A DNA stretch of 64,000 nt from an uncultured Candidatus Saccharibacteria bacterium (GCA_964482735.1 CAYZYV010000001.1:80172-144171), one strand, 5' to 3'. Counted from the first letter of the stretch, positions 17,169 through 27,669 are shown. Translations and numbers: made by a program. The notes: generated by a model from the letters alone, not told the origin.

Positions 17169-17624
17169 TTATGCACCGCAGTCTCCATCCGAATTTGAAT
17201 CTGTACCGGAAACTGAAGCCCCAGTCGAATCAACACACCAGCTACCTCCTGCTTTTAATGCAGCAGATGCGGACCAGGAACTAGCTTTTGCTCCACTCGT
17301 TCCACCCATTACACAAGTAGGAGCAGAGTTTGCAGACGTAATGGAAGCTATCATTGATGTTATGGTAGGGTCCAAGAAGACGCTTGTTGCTGCCGTACAA
17401 CCAGAGGCAGGAAGTGTAGCAACTGTCGCGCTGCTATATCCAGAATTTGTATCATAATACATTTCTGCTTGTGGTCTCATATTTGCCAAGTTGTTTTTAA
17501 TCGCAGCATCTGCTCCTTTATTTCTAGCACTGTTTAATGATGCCAAAACAACTGAGGACAAGATACCAATGATCGCAATAACAACCAACAATTCGATCAA
17601 TGTAAAACCTTTGTTTTTGTTCAT
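17169..17624 (-). CDS. Type IV major pilin, paralog 2
   Basis: N-terminal 48 aa identical to paralog 1, C-terminus divergent. Upstream 80-bp promoter block repeated. Confidence 0.8.
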   Translation of the reverse strand: MNKNKGFTLIELLVVIAIIGILSSVVLASLNSARNKGADAAIKNNLANMRPQAEMYYDTNSGYSSATVATLPASGCTAATSVFLDPTITSMIASITSANSAPTCVMGGTSGAKASSWSASAALKAGGSWCVDSTGASVSGTDSNSDGDCGA

Positions 17625-17742
17625 ATTTATATAAAAATTGAATTCAATTTAACGACCATAGTAATATGTTATATTATATCATTCTTTGTATATAAAAAGC
17701 AAAACCCTCAAGTTTAAATTGAGGGTTTTATATATTTTGCTT

Positions 17743-18192
17743 TTAGCAATCGTAATCGTTGGCTCCTAGGTATCCTGTTATCTGTTTTGAAGCCCCTGTA
17801 GAATCTACGCACCATGAATTGGCAGAGCTTGTCTTTAAAGGAGAAGAGGCTGCCCAACTACCAGCTTGAGAATGACATATTACAGTAGTAGATGTTCCGG
17901 CGGTAGCTGGAGCTGTAACCACAGAAGTTGCTCCAGCGGCACTTTTTGCTGATTCCAACATAGCAGCCACAGGGCTGGTTGTTGTAGTACACAACGTCGC
18001 ATAACTATTGCTATTGTCGTCATAGTGCATCTCAGCTTGTGCTCTGATGTTCGATAAGTTGTTTTTAATCGCAGCATCTGCTCCTTTATTTCTAGCACTG
18101 TTTAATGATGCCAAAACAACTGAGGACAAGATACCAATGATTGCAATAACAACCAACAATTCGATCAATGTAAAACCTTTATTTTTGTTCAT
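17743..18192 (-). CDS. Type IV major pilin, paralog 3
   Basis: Same N-terminus, C-terminus divergent with a Cys pair. Terminator AAACCCTCAA-GTTTAAAT-TGAGGGTTT at 17705-17735. Confidence 0.8.
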   Translation of the reverse strand: MNKNKGFTLIELLVVIAIIGILSSVVLASLNSARNKGADAAIKNNLSNIRAQAEMHYDDNSNSYATLCTTTTSPVAAMLESAKSAAGATSVVTAPATAGTSTTVICHSQAGSWAASSPLKTSSANSWCVDSTGASKQITGYLGANDYDC

Positions 18193-18305
18193 ATTTTATA
18201 AAATTGAATTCAATTTAACGACCATAGTAATACGCTAATTATATCATTTTTTGTATATAAAAAGCAAAACCTCCAGTTTAGACTGGAGGTTTTGCTTTTT
18301 AATTA

Positions 18306-19517
18306 TTAGTTGATTCCACCTGCGATATTGTAAATTGGAAGCAAAATAGAAGACAAAAGCACACCAACTCCAAGCCCAAGAATAACAATCATAATCGGCT
18401 CAATCAAGCTAACTAAAGTGTCGACAGCTTCATTAACTTCTCGGCTATAGAATTTACCTAACGTCTTAAGAATATTTCCCAAAGAACCGGTTTCCTCCCC
18501 CACCTTGATCATTCCTGACATTATGGATGGTATTTCCTGGTGTTTACTGAAAGCTAAAGATAGAGAACTACCACTTTTTACAGAGTCCGCAATATCTCTA
18601 AGCAGTCTTTCGTAAACAAGATTACCTACCACAACACTTGTAAGTTCTATTGCCCTAACGATTGGAATACTAGCGGAAAGCATAGTATCCATATTGTCTG
18701 ATATTCTTGATAAATATAATTTATTATAAATATTTTTAACAACAGGCAATGTAATTTTTAATTTATCAAAATAAAGTCTACCAGATGGTGTTTTAGAATA
18801 TCTAATAACATACACCACGAGAACTATAACTATAACTAGCAAGAAAATACCATAATCCACAAACAAATTACTGACAGCGATAATCAATTTAGTAGAAAGA
18901 GGAATTTCTGTTCCAGATTCGGCAATAATAGCAGCGAGTTTAGGCACGATAAATGTAAACATCAAAACCATCACGATCACGAATATTCCGACAACGAAAG
19001 AAGGATAGATTAAAGCATTTTTTGTCTTGGAAGTAAGTTGATATTGTCTATCCAAATAGTCAGCTAAATATGCAAAAACCTGAGTTAATTTACCTGACTC
19101 CTCCCCTGACTTAACCATATTAACGTAAAAGTCAGAAAAAGCTTCTTTATGTTTTGACAATGCAACAGAAATATAAACTCCAGATTTAATATCTTCAGCG
19201 ACTTCATTAAGAATAGAAGCCAACTTTTTATTGGTGGTATTTTCGGCAATAAGATTAAAAGCTTTAAGGGCAGACACTTGTGATTCAAACAAAGTAGACA
19301 TCTGACGAGACATCATCACGATATCTTTCATGGGGATACTTTTCTTTTCAAAAATAGAAAGATTAAAAAGGCCTTTTTTCTTTGTTGTTTCAGTTAACGA
19401 AGAAACAATATAACCTCTTTTTTGAACAGCGGCAATCGCCAAATCCTTATTGATGGCCTCTACAGAACCAACCTTGCGTTCTCCTTCTGCTGTAATAGCT
19501 TCGTAATTAAATAACAT
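18306..19517 (-). CDS. pilC: Type IV pilus assembly platform protein (GspF/PilC family)
   Basis: 403 aa, two GspF repeats and three TM segments. Terminator hairpin at 18262-18300. Confidence 0.85.
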   Translation of the reverse strand: MLFNYEAITAEGERKVGSVEAINKDLAIAAVQKRGYIVSSLTETTKKKGLFNLSIFEKKSIPMKDIVMMSRQMSTLFESQVSALKAFNLIAENTTNKKLASILNEVAEDIKSGVYISVALSKHKEAFSDFYVNMVKSGEESGKLTQVFAYLADYLDRQYQLTSKTKNALIYPSFVVGIFVIVMVLMFTFIVPKLAAIIAESGTEIPLSTKLIIAVSNLFVDYGIFLLVIVIVLVVYVIRYSKTPSGRLYFDKLKITLPVVKNIYNKLYLSRISDNMDTMLSASIPIVRAIELTSVVVGNLVYERLLRDIADSVKSGSSLSLAFSKHQEIPSIMSGMIKVGEETGSLGNILKTLGKFYSREVNEAVDTLVSLIEPIMIVILGLGVGVLLSSILLPIYNIAGGIN

Positions 19518-19527
19518 AAAAATTTAA

Positions 19528-20589
19528 CTAAAACAATTGTTCTAGAGCTTTAGGATTAATAGAATGATCATACGCACTTTCAAGACTAATTTCTCTTCTT
19601 TGGACCAAATCTATTAAACATCTATTCATGTCGACCATGCCCTCTCTCGAGGAAGTTTCTAGTACTGTGTCTATTTCGTGTGTTCTCTTTTCTCTTATTA
19701 AGTTTGCGATTGCTTTGTTATTTATCAAAAGTTCATAGGCAGGAACTCTTCCCCCTGAAACTCTTGGTATCAATCTCTGAGAGAAAATTCCGAGCAAGCT
19801 GGATGCTAACTGCAATCTAATTTGATCTTGTTGGTCTGATGGGAACGAGTCAATAATACGATCTATTGTTTGAGAAGCATTATTAGTATGAAGAGTAGAT
19901 AAGACCAAGTGTCCTGTCTCAGCTGCTGTCACAGCTGCTGCAATAGTTTCTGGATCCCTCATTTCTCCTATCAAAAGAACATTGGCATCCTCACGAAAAG
20001 CAGACTTAAGAGCACTCAAGAAAGTTTCAGTATCTGTTCCTACTTCTCTTTGACTAATTATTGATTTATCTGGTTTATAAATAAATTCAATAGGTTCTTC
20101 AATCGTTACTATGTGTCTAGATGATTCACTATTAATAAAATTTATCATTGTAGACAATGTAGTTGATTTACCTTGACCAACCGGACCAACCACCAAGAAG
20201 AATCCTTGTTTCTTCCTAGAAAAATCTTTAAGTATTTCGGGCAAGCTTAATTCTTCAAAAGTTTTTGGCTTTGGAATTAGACGAAGAGCCACTGAGGGAG
20301 TTCCTCTTTGGTAAAAAGCATTTCCTCTTAGCTGAGTTTGTCCTTCATTTAAATTGCTAGAGAAATCTATAACTTTATTTTTTCTAAAAATAGCAATCCT
20401 CTCTTGATCCAAAAGTACTTCAAGTATTCCAAAAACGTCCGCTTCTGTTGTCTCTTTGAAATTTACAAGAAAGATAAGTTCTCCATCTATTCGAATAGAT
20501 GGTTTAATACCAGTTCCTATGTGTAAATCGGAACCGTTTTGATTAATTAAATTTTCCAATAAATCATTAAATAGCTGCTTGTAGTCCAT
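19528..20589 (-). CDS. pilT: Twitching-motility / pilus retraction ATPase
   Basis: 353 aa. Walker A GPVGQGKSTT, Asp box, Walker B and His box typical of PilT-type secretion ATPases. Confidence 0.8.
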   Translation of the reverse strand: MDYKQLFNDLLENLINQNGSDLHIGTGIKPSIRIDGELIFLVNFKETTEADVFGILEVLLDQERIAIFRKNKVIDFSSNLNEGQTQLRGNAFYQRGTPSVALRLIPKPKTFEELSLPEILKDFSRKKQGFFLVVGPVGQGKSTTLSTMINFINSESSRHIVTIEEPIEFIYKPDKSIISQREVGTDTETFLSALKSAFREDANVLLIGEMRDPETIAAAVTAAETGHLVLSTLHTNNASQTIDRIIDSFPSDQQDQIRLQLASSLLGIFSQRLIPRVSGGRVPAYELLINNKAIANLIREKRTHEIDTVLETSSREGMVDMNRCLIDLVQRREISLESAYDHSINPKALEQLF

Positions 20590-20623
20590 ATGAAGTAATT
20601 ATACTATATCGAAAGTTATTTTG

Positions 20624-22411
20624 CTAGAAATTATAAACTTCTTGCAATGGAATTTCTCCTTTTATGCTTTTTATGATTGCATCTTCCTTAATAGTTAACA
20701 TCCCTTTCTTTCTGGCAATTTTATAAATTTCTTGTTCTTGTGGAGTTTTTAAAATAATCCCTTGCATTTCTTTATCTACCATAAAACCTTCGAAAAGAGC
20801 AATACGTCCAGATAGTCCAGTAGGGTTGTCTTGGCTTGGTTGCGCTTCGTAAATAGTATTGCTGTTAATATTGAGTTTGCTCTTATATTCCTCTGGTAAA
20901 TCTTCAAATTGCTTATCAATAGCATGTCTCACTGACTCGTCTATAGGAATTTCATGTTTACAACTAGGATGAATTCTCCTTGCTAGTCTTTGAGCCATAC
21001 AAAGAATCAAAGTTGGTGCTATCAAATAAGGGTCAATTCCCATATCGATAAGACGAGGTATCGCTCCGACAGCACTATTCGTGTGAAGAGTAGAGAAAAC
21101 CAAGTGACCTGTAAGAGCGGCTTGAATAGCTAGTTCTGCTGTTTCCCTGTCTCGGATCTCTCCAACAAGAATGATGTTTGGGTCTTGACGAAGAATGGAT
21201 CTCAATCCTGTAGCAAAAGTATATCCAATTTCAGGCATGATTTGAGACTGGTTAACTCCATCAATCTTGTATTCAACCGGATCTTCTAGCGAAACGATAT
21301 TTTTATCTTCTTTATCTATCTCACTAAGCATCGAATAAAGAGAAGATGTCTTACCTGAACCAGTTGGTCCTGTCATTAATATGAGACCATAAGGTTTCTT
21401 TAGCGCAGTTCTAATCATTTTGATATTCTCTTCTGAAAGTCCAAGTCCTTCGAGTGTAAAGATACCCTTCTCTGCATCCAAGATACGAATAGCTATTTTT
21501 TCTCCGTAATAAGCTGGCATTGTAGAAACACGGAAGTCAATCTTTCTTTCATCTATTCTTGCGGAAAAACCCCCATCTTGTGGTTTCCTTTTTTCATCTA
21601 GTCTCAATTTTGACAAGATTTTGACACGAGCAATCACTCCATTATAAACAGATATTGGAAGAACAAGAGAGGTGTGGAGAACACCATCTATTCTAAATCT
21701 AACCTTAACTTTATCGCCAGAATTTTCTATGTGAATATCGGATGCTAAACTTTCTACGGCACTTCTTAGAATAACTGCTACGATTTTTATAATCGGAGCA
21801 TCTTCAACAATTTTTTCTTCTTCCCCCGGTTTTAGAGTGTCCGATGTCTTAGAGTTTTCTATTACAACACCCTGATCAATCGCATTCGCAATTTCAGAGT
21901 CAAGCTCATTTAAGGCCTGATCAACCTCAATATCTTTATTTCCTTCGTAAGCATAAACCAAATTACGATAGGAAGAATTTTTGATTAAGTAAAGTTTAAA
22001 GGGCTTATTTAATTTAGCCGTAATAAACGTAAGGGCATCAACAGCTCTAACATTTTCGGGATTAACGATACCAACTTCTAGATAAGTATCAGTTAAACTA
22101 ATAGGAACAAACTTGTATGTTTTTGCTGCATCTACTGGAATAAGCTTTAGAGTTGCAGCTGGAACTTTTTTAACATCTATATCTTTTATTGGTATACCAA
22201 AAATAGCCTTTCTTGCTTCAAGGATTTGGTCTTCATCGACTTTAAGCTCAGTCAAAGCATCATCTAAATCACCATTATATTTCTCATCTGCGAGTTTTAA
22301 AGCCTTTGATTCAAGGGCATCATCTATTACCCCTCTTTTTTTTAACTCTTCTATAAATAACATACTAATTTGTTGCAAAAGACACTGTGTCTCCACAGTA
22401 AGAGATTCCAT
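20624..22411 (-). CDS. pilB: Type IV pilus assembly ATPase (GspE/PilB family)
   Basis: 595 aa. N-terminal GspII-like domain, Walker A GPTGSGKT and a tetracysteine-like region. Confidence 0.85.
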   Translation of the reverse strand: MESLTVETQCLLQQISMLFIEELKKRGVIDDALESKALKLADEKYNGDLDDALTELKVDEDQILEARKAIFGIPIKDIDVKKVPAATLKLIPVDAAKTYKFVPISLTDTYLEVGIVNPENVRAVDALTFITAKLNKPFKLYLIKNSSYRNLVYAYEGNKDIEVDQALNELDSEIANAIDQGVVIENSKTSDTLKPGEEEKIVEDAPIIKIVAVILRSAVESLASDIHIENSGDKVKVRFRIDGVLHTSLVLPISVYNGVIARVKILSKLRLDEKRKPQDGGFSARIDERKIDFRVSTMPAYYGEKIAIRILDAEKGIFTLEGLGLSEENIKMIRTALKKPYGLILMTGPTGSGKTSSLYSMLSEIDKEDKNIVSLEDPVEYKIDGVNQSQIMPEIGYTFATGLRSILRQDPNIILVGEIRDRETAELAIQAALTGHLVFSTLHTNSAVGAIPRLIDMGIDPYLIAPTLILCMAQRLARRIHPSCKHEIPIDESVRHAIDKQFEDLPEEYKSKLNINSNTIYEAQPSQDNPTGLSGRIALFEGFMVDKEMQGIILKTPQEQEIYKIARKKGMLTIKEDAIIKSIKGEIPLQEVYNF

Positions 22412-23039
22412 TTATTTTTGCACAGGCTTTGTAAAAATATACTGTCTTTGATTTTAATTCTGAAATACTTTTTAGAAATGTTCCTACCATTGATTGTTGC
22501 TTAACAACACTAGTTGAGCTTCCTAAAGCTTCTGTTTCTCCATATTCAAAATAAGTTTCTGTTACCCCCTCTGTAGTAGCAAGAGATCCATTCAAAACAG
22601 CCGTTTTGTCGGTAATTTGAGTAGCTTGGCTTGTAGAAACAAACTCTGTGATAACACTTTTAGCTACAGCAGACTCATCTATAGGAGCAAATGGGTTTTG
22701 GCGTCCTGGTGTTGCTGTACCGATAGACACAGAATTGCTTTTTAGTTTTTTGAAGAGATTGTTGCTGAAAAAATTGATATCTATTTTTATATTTTTTAAA
22801 GAAGCCAAAGTCGACAGGAAGGAAATGTCTGAGCTTATTTTACTATTTAAGGATGAACCTTGATCAGCTGTCTTTGTATCTTCTGCGGCTGTAGCACTAG
22901 ATGATAAATTACCTTGAGCAACCTTTACCACCTCTCCTGTTCTTAATTCATTGGCAAAATACAAATAACCAACACCCAAAACCACAATAGAGAATGCTGT
23001 TAGAAAAAATTTACTTTTATTTGAGCGTTTCTTTTTCAT
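22365..23039 (-). CDS. Hypothetical secreted/membrane protein within the T4P locus
   Basis: N-terminal TM. No motif recognised. Its 3' end overlaps the pilB start by 47 nt. Confidence 0.35.
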   Translation of the reverse strand: MKKKRSNKSKFFLTAFSIVVLGVGYLYFANELRTGEVVKVAQGNLSSSATAAEDTKTADQGSSLNSKISSDISFLSTLASLKNIKIDINFFSNNLFKKLKSNSVSIGTATPGRQNPFAPIDESAVAKSVITEFVSTSQATQITDKTAVLNGSLATTEGVTETYFEYGETEALGSSTSVVKQQSMVGTFLKSISELKSKTVYFYKACAKINGISYCGDTVSFATN

Positions 23040-23040
23040 A

Positions 23041-23679
23041 TTATTTTAGCCAGTAGGTTTCTACTTTTAATGAATATTTATAAATACTTGGATCTATGAT
23101 TGTCTTCTTTTTTTGATCAACTAAAGGATCTTGAGATCCTGAATCTGGTACATTGAAAGAAATTGATTTAACGTCTACTATTCTTAGATTGTTTTCTAGG
23201 TCTTGTAAAAAGTCTAAGAAAACTCCATATTTACCTTCAATTGTAAATGAAATTGGGAAGATTCCATAAGGCAAGTAACTTGATGGGTCATTTTCTGCCA
23301 CTGCCTTTCCTCCAGCACCAGAAGAACTTCCACCTTCTGTAGAATTAGCCTTTATTCCTACCGAAGAATCAAATCTAATATCACTAATCGGCATACCGTG
23401 CATATTTGCAATTTTCTCTATTTCTAATATCAATTCGATATTATTTATAGTGCTAGGAAGTAAGTGATTTAACTTTTCTCTGTCTTTTTCATTGATTTGC
23501 TTATATGAGTCAACAAGTTCGTCTCTTGTCTTTTGTAAATCTGTCGAATTGTTAAGCGCTGAGTTATAGGTAGTTACGTTAGTTCTTAGTTCTTTAACAT
23601 CACCATAAAGCGGATCTATCAAAAAGAAAAATACCAATACGGAAGCTGTTAAGAATAAAATTGAAGAAATTAATTTCAT
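23041..23679 (-). CDS. PilO-like pilus biogenesis protein
   Basis: N-terminal TM followed by a coiled-coil (DVKELRTNVTTYNSALNNSTDLQKTRDEL). Sits between a pilN-like gene and pilB. Confidence 0.5.
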   Translation of the reverse strand: MKLISSILFLTASVLVFFFLIDPLYGDVKELRTNVTTYNSALNNSTDLQKTRDELVDSYKQINEKDREKLNHLLPSTINNIELILEIEKIANMHGMPISDIRFDSSVGIKANSTEGGSSSGAGGKAVAENDPSSYLPYGIFPISFTIEGKYGVFLDFLQDLENNLRIVDVKSISFNVPDSGSQDPLVDQKKKTIIDPSIYKYSLKVETYWLK

Positions 23680-23682
23680 ATA

Positions 23683-24366
23683 CTATATTGTTGGTTCTTC
23701 TGAATCATTGCTTGGTAATTTCGACTCAATTTCAACATTCTTATTTTGATCAGATACTTCTTCAGATGTTGATTTGACTGATGGAATCATTAAATTCTTT
23801 TCGTATGACAAAAGCTCAGGTTCTATCTCAAAAGATAGATTGAAAGATATGTAGTTATTCTTATCTCTCGTCAAATCAGAAAATAGCACATTCTTAAATG
23901 ATCGTCCTTTTGTAGTATTAAAAGCATCAGATTGTTGAGCAATCGAGCGATAGTCTTTGGCTATACCTTTTATGCTAACAGCATGTGCATTAGTCCCAGA
24001 TTGATATTCAAAAGTCCTGTATTGAACAGATGGGATGGTTATTTCTGACAACCTACTAAATAACGGGGTCAAAACTATATGCCCTGCTAGAATTTTAGTT
24101 GCCGCCTCTGATCTCTTGTTAAACAATTCGAGCTCTTCTAGGGTATCTTTTTCAAAAGTATCTCTCGTCTTAGAAAGAGATGATGAAAGACTGCTTTCTT
24201 GCTTGATTAAATAAGTTTTATATAAATAAATACCACCAGAAGCCAATAGGGTAACAATAAACAAAAATAAAGCTATCATAGTAAATAAGCTTCTTGGCTC
24301 TTTAGAGGCACCTGTTGAGGATATTTCTTTTTTAGGTATGAAAGATGTTTGAAATGAATTGTCCAT
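23683..24366 (-). CDS. PilN-like fimbrial assembly protein
   Basis: Short cytoplasmic N-terminus, one TM (LFTMIALFLFIVTLLASGGIYLY) and a periplasmic domain. Directly downstream of pilM. Confidence 0.5.
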   Translation of the reverse strand: MDNSFQTSFIPKKEISSTGASKEPRSLFTMIALFLFIVTLLASGGIYLYKTYLIKQESSLSSSLSKTRDTFEKDTLEELELFNKRSEAATKILAGHIVLTPLFSRLSEITIPSVQYRTFEYQSGTNAHAVSIKGIAKDYRSIAQQSDAFNTTKGRSFKNVLFSDLTRDKNNYISFNLSFEIEPELLSYEKNLMIPSVKSTSEEVSDQNKNVEIESKLPSNDSEEPTI

Positions 24367-24372
24367 ATTTTA

Positions 24373-25506
24373 TTAAGATAATTGATGAAGTGCTAAACCT
24401 AAGGCTACCGAAAATTCAGGTCCACTAGTTTGCAATACGGGCTGTATAAAAGCAGGAGTTTCTGTCTTGGAAAAAGGATCTGCATAAACAACATCAGAAC
24501 GGAAATTTTCTCTTGATGCCTCAAGAAAACCTTTTAGCATAGAACCTCCTCCAGTTAAAAATATTTTACTGACATCTCTATTATACTTCTTTTGATAATT
24601 AAAAACAATACTATTTATATCTGTGTATATGTATTGAATGGACATTTTAACAATTTTTTCTATCCTAGGATCCATAGAGGCATCTAACCCCACACTTCTC
24701 TTCAATCTTTCTGCTTCATCAAAAGTTAGATTGAGGGATTGAGAGATATTTCTAGTAATATCTTGTGAACCTCTGTTTACCACGTGAAAAACTCGAAGAA
24801 TCCCATTTTCAATTATGGAAACTTTAACTTTAGATGCACCAAAGTCTATGATCATAACAGGGGCTAGTTCGTGTCCTAGTATAGACCTTATATTACTAAA
24901 TATCTCCATTTCAAGTGATTCACAAACAAGAGATGTTTTTTTAACAATATCTTTGTATTGGGCTATCGTGTCGTTATGAATAGCCACAACCAAAACATCT
25001 ATTTTATCTTTCATCCTATTCTCCTCTTTTGTTTCTTCAAACGAACCTCCATCATCTGGAATTACAAACCAATCAAGGGTAACTTCTGATATCGGAACGG
25101 GAATATATTTTCTAGCTTCTATTGGAATTATTTTAGCCATCTCCCCTTCAGCGATTTTGTTGGGTAAAGATAGCGTAAAAATTAAACTCGAAAGTGACGG
25201 AATTGAAACGACAGCATTGTTGATAGTAACATTTGATTCTTTCATTAAATCAGTAATTGCTTTCGCCACATCTTCAGATTTTAGATTAGTCACACTTCCA
25301 ACTTCAGTTTTATTATAGGGACCAAGGGCTAAAACTCCGTATGTTTCTAGTACGGGTTTACCTCCTTTCTTTTTGAGCTGGACAATTTTCACGTAAGAAG
25401 AACCTATGTCAACTCCGATAGCTTGTTTTTTTGAGCTATCATCTCTAAAAGATTTAATCAGTCCAGACAAACCTTCTTTAATAATTTTCTTAAATGACTC
25501 ATCCAT
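24373..25506 (-). CDS. pilM: Type IV pilus assembly protein PilM (actin-like ATPase)
   Basis: GVDIGSSYVKIVQL phosphate-1 motif, FtsA/PilM fold length. Confidence 0.8.
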   Translation of the reverse strand: MDESFKKIIKEGLSGLIKSFRDDSSKKQAIGVDIGSSYVKIVQLKKKGGKPVLETYGVLALGPYNKTEVGSVTNLKSEDVAKAITDLMKESNVTINNAVVSIPSLSSLIFTLSLPNKIAEGEMAKIIPIEARKYIPVPISEVTLDWFVIPDDGGSFEETKEENRMKDKIDVLVVAIHNDTIAQYKDIVKKTSLVCESLEMEIFSNIRSILGHELAPVMIIDFGASKVKVSIIENGILRVFHVVNRGSQDITRNISQSLNLTFDEAERLKRSVGLDASMDPRIEKIVKMSIQYIYTDINSIVFNYQKKYNRDVSKIFLTGGGSMLKGFLEASRENFRSDVVYADPFSKTETPAFIQPVLQTSGPEFSVALGLALHQLS

Positions 25507-25562
25507 AAATTGTAATTTTCATTAACCTTTTCATTATAACACAATTGTAATAAAATAAATAC

Positions 25563-26231
25563 ATGAGAACACTCATAATAATGGGAAAAATTGGTAATTT
25601 TATTCTAGACATATTTTTTCCTGTCCACTGCCAAGGTTGTGGTCTAAAAGATAGCGTTTTGTGTGATGAATGCTTACTCAAAATAAAACTTAATGGCAGA
25701 GAAACTGAAAAAAATATCATTTCTGTTTTTGATTATCGGGACCAGTTAATAAAAAATATTATTTGGAATCTCAAGTATCACAAACAAAAAAGTTTAGGAA
25801 AAAAGTTAGGACAAATATTGTTTGATTTTTCTAAAGATCAAATTTCAGAAATGAAATTTTTAACGGCTGGAAAACCTATTATAGTTATTCCGGTTCCTTG
25901 TTCAAGAAAAAGATTGATGGAACGTGGTTATAACCATACTGAAATTTTGGCAAAATGGTTTTGTAATGAAGATAAAAATAGTCTTGAGTTCATAAAAAAT
26001 GCCGTCTTTAAAAAACTTGAAACTAAACACCAAGCAAAAATAACAAACAAGAGAGAACGCCTACAAAACATAAAAGACACTTTTGGAATTAACCCAAACA
26101 TTTCTTTAAAAGGAAGGAGTATTATAGTAATCGACGATGTGACAACTACAGGGGGCACTTTCTTAGAGATTTTAAAAATACTCAGGAAAGCTGGGGCTAA
26201 AACTGTGCTTGGGGTTGCCCTTGCCCATTAG
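25563..26231 (+). CDS. comF: ComF-family phosphoribosyltransferase (competence protein F)
   Basis: N-terminal Zn-finger cysteines (CQGCG...CDEC) and C-terminal PRTase motif IIVIDDVTTTGGT. Confidence 0.75.
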   Translation: MRTLIIMGKIGNFILDIFFPVHCQGCGLKDSVLCDECLLKIKLNGRETEKNIISVFDYRDQLIKNIIWNLKYHKQKSLGKKLGQILFDFSKDQISEMKFLTAGKPIIVIPVPCSRKRLMERGYNHTEILAKWFCNEDKNSLEFIKNAVFKKLETKHQAKITNKRERLQNIKDTFGINPNISLKGRSIIVIDDVTTTGGTFLEILKILRKAGAKTVLGVALAH

Positions 26232-26389
26232 TTGGTGCTTTTTCTACTTTGACTGCATTATATTTGTCTACTGTTTTGTAATAAACATATTCTTCTAGCT
26301 GTTTTGAGAAAAAATAGAAAATAATTATGTTAGCTATCACCCCGAGTAAAATAAAAGTTCCGTAACTTTTTAGAGAAATTTTCATCATC

Positions 26390-27340
26390 TTACAAAGTAT
26401 CCAATGCTTCTTCTACTAGATCCATAACCTCATCTGCTAGATCCATTGCTTCTTCATAGTCTTCATCATTGTAAGCTGTTCTAGCATCTTTGTATGTATC
26501 ATTTGCCTCGTCAATCAAATCGTTAGCATCATCTACATCTTCATCATCATCCTCTGCTTCGTTGATTTCATCTTTTGCATCACTTATCGCAGTCTTAGCT
26601 TCATCAATTGCTTCTTTTGCATCAGACTTGTCTCCTCCACCTAGGTTATCATAAACATCTTCTCCCGTGCTGTAAGCATCGTCTGCTAGGTCTAGGGCTT
26701 TGGTATAATTATTCTTGAAAAAATAATTTACAGCATCAAACAAGTCACTTTTTGCTTCCTTAATGTCTGCTTCTTCATTTTTTGTACTTCCGCTTGCGTC
26801 TTCTATCGCATCTTCTGCATCGTTAATCATTTCTATTGCACTTTTTATTTTGTCAGCGGCCTTTTTCTGATCTCCTGAATAACTGGTAGTGCTTTTTGCA
26901 TTTGCTAATTCTTGTTTAAGAGTTGATATTTGGCTATTTAAATCTGCAATTGTGGATGCTTGACTGGCAAGAGTTGTATCATTAGTAGTCGTAGGTGTTG
27001 TAACCGTACTTGAAGTAGAAGAAACCAATGAATTATATTTTGTTTTTGATTTTGCACCAAAATAACCTTCTGCTGGATAAACTCCGTTAGTTATTTGCCA
27101 AATCATAACAGCTTCTTTAGTTTTTGTACCATAAAAATTAGTCTCTTTACCTTTTGAACCATTTCCTGAGACGGCTATTTCAAAACCATTATCGTTTAAA
27201 TACTTTTGAAGACAACGAACATCTTCCCCCTTGTCATTCTCCTTGAGGTCACGAGTAAAGTTACAATTAGCAGCTTCAGCCTTAAAACCAACAACAGCTA
27301 TTGCTAAAATAAATAAAAATTTCAAAAATTTTTTAAACAT
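26390..27340 (-). CDS. Secreted protein with peptidoglycan-binding (PG_binding_1) domain and acidic coiled-coil tail
   Basis: Signal peptide. DVRCLQKYLNDNGFEI...YGTKTKEAVMIWQ is the PG_binding_1 pattern. C-terminal D/E-rich repeats. Confidence 0.5.
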   Translation of the reverse strand: MFKKFLKFLFILAIAVVGFKAEAANCNFTRDLKENDKGEDVRCLQKYLNDNGFEIAVSGNGSKGKETNFYGTKTKEAVMIWQITNGVYPAEGYFGAKSKTKYNSLVSSTSSTVTTPTTTNDTTLASQASTIADLNSQISTLKQELANAKSTTSYSGDQKKAADKIKSAIEMINDAEDAIEDASGSTKNEEADIKEAKSDLFDAVNYFFKNNYTKALDLADDAYSTGEDVYDNLGGGDKSDAKEAIDEAKTAISDAKDEINEAEDDDEDVDDANDLIDEANDTYKDARTAYNDEDYEEAMDLADEVMDLVEEALDTL

Positions 27341-27467
27341 ATAAAATAAAAGATTAAATAAGGTTAATAAAGGACATTTATATTATCTCACAAAGACCAT
27401 TTTTGAGCAATTTAATGCCTTGTGATTAAAATAAACAACCTAGTAATCCATACTAAGTTCATTATTT

Positions 27468-27490
27468 TGTTGCGGAGACGCAGGGATTCG
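27468..27490 (-). repeat. 23-bp exact direct repeat of the tRNA-Ser 3' end (att-like remnant)
   Basis: GTTGCGGAGACGCAGGGATTCG is identical to 27666-27688. Shuffled fragments of the T arm also occur at 27588-27612. Confidence 0.6.
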
Positions 27491-27635
27491 GTCACGAGTT
27501 ACTAAATTTTTTATTTCGCTTTGCTCATAAAAAATAAAGTACTCTCGACCCCGACTCGGCAGTTTGAAAAGTTTTTCAAACTTTTCTCTGCCTGCGTCTT
27601 TCGAATCCCGCCCCGCACACATACGCCAAAAATCG

Positions 27636-27664
27636 ATACCTATGTAAACGGTATCGATTTTGGT
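27636..27664. terminator. Hairpin terminator downstream of tRNA-Ser
   Basis: AAATCGATACC-TATGTAAAC-GGTATCGATTT, an 11-bp stem with A/T runs on both sides. Confidence 0.45.
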
Positions 27665-27669
27665 CGTTG

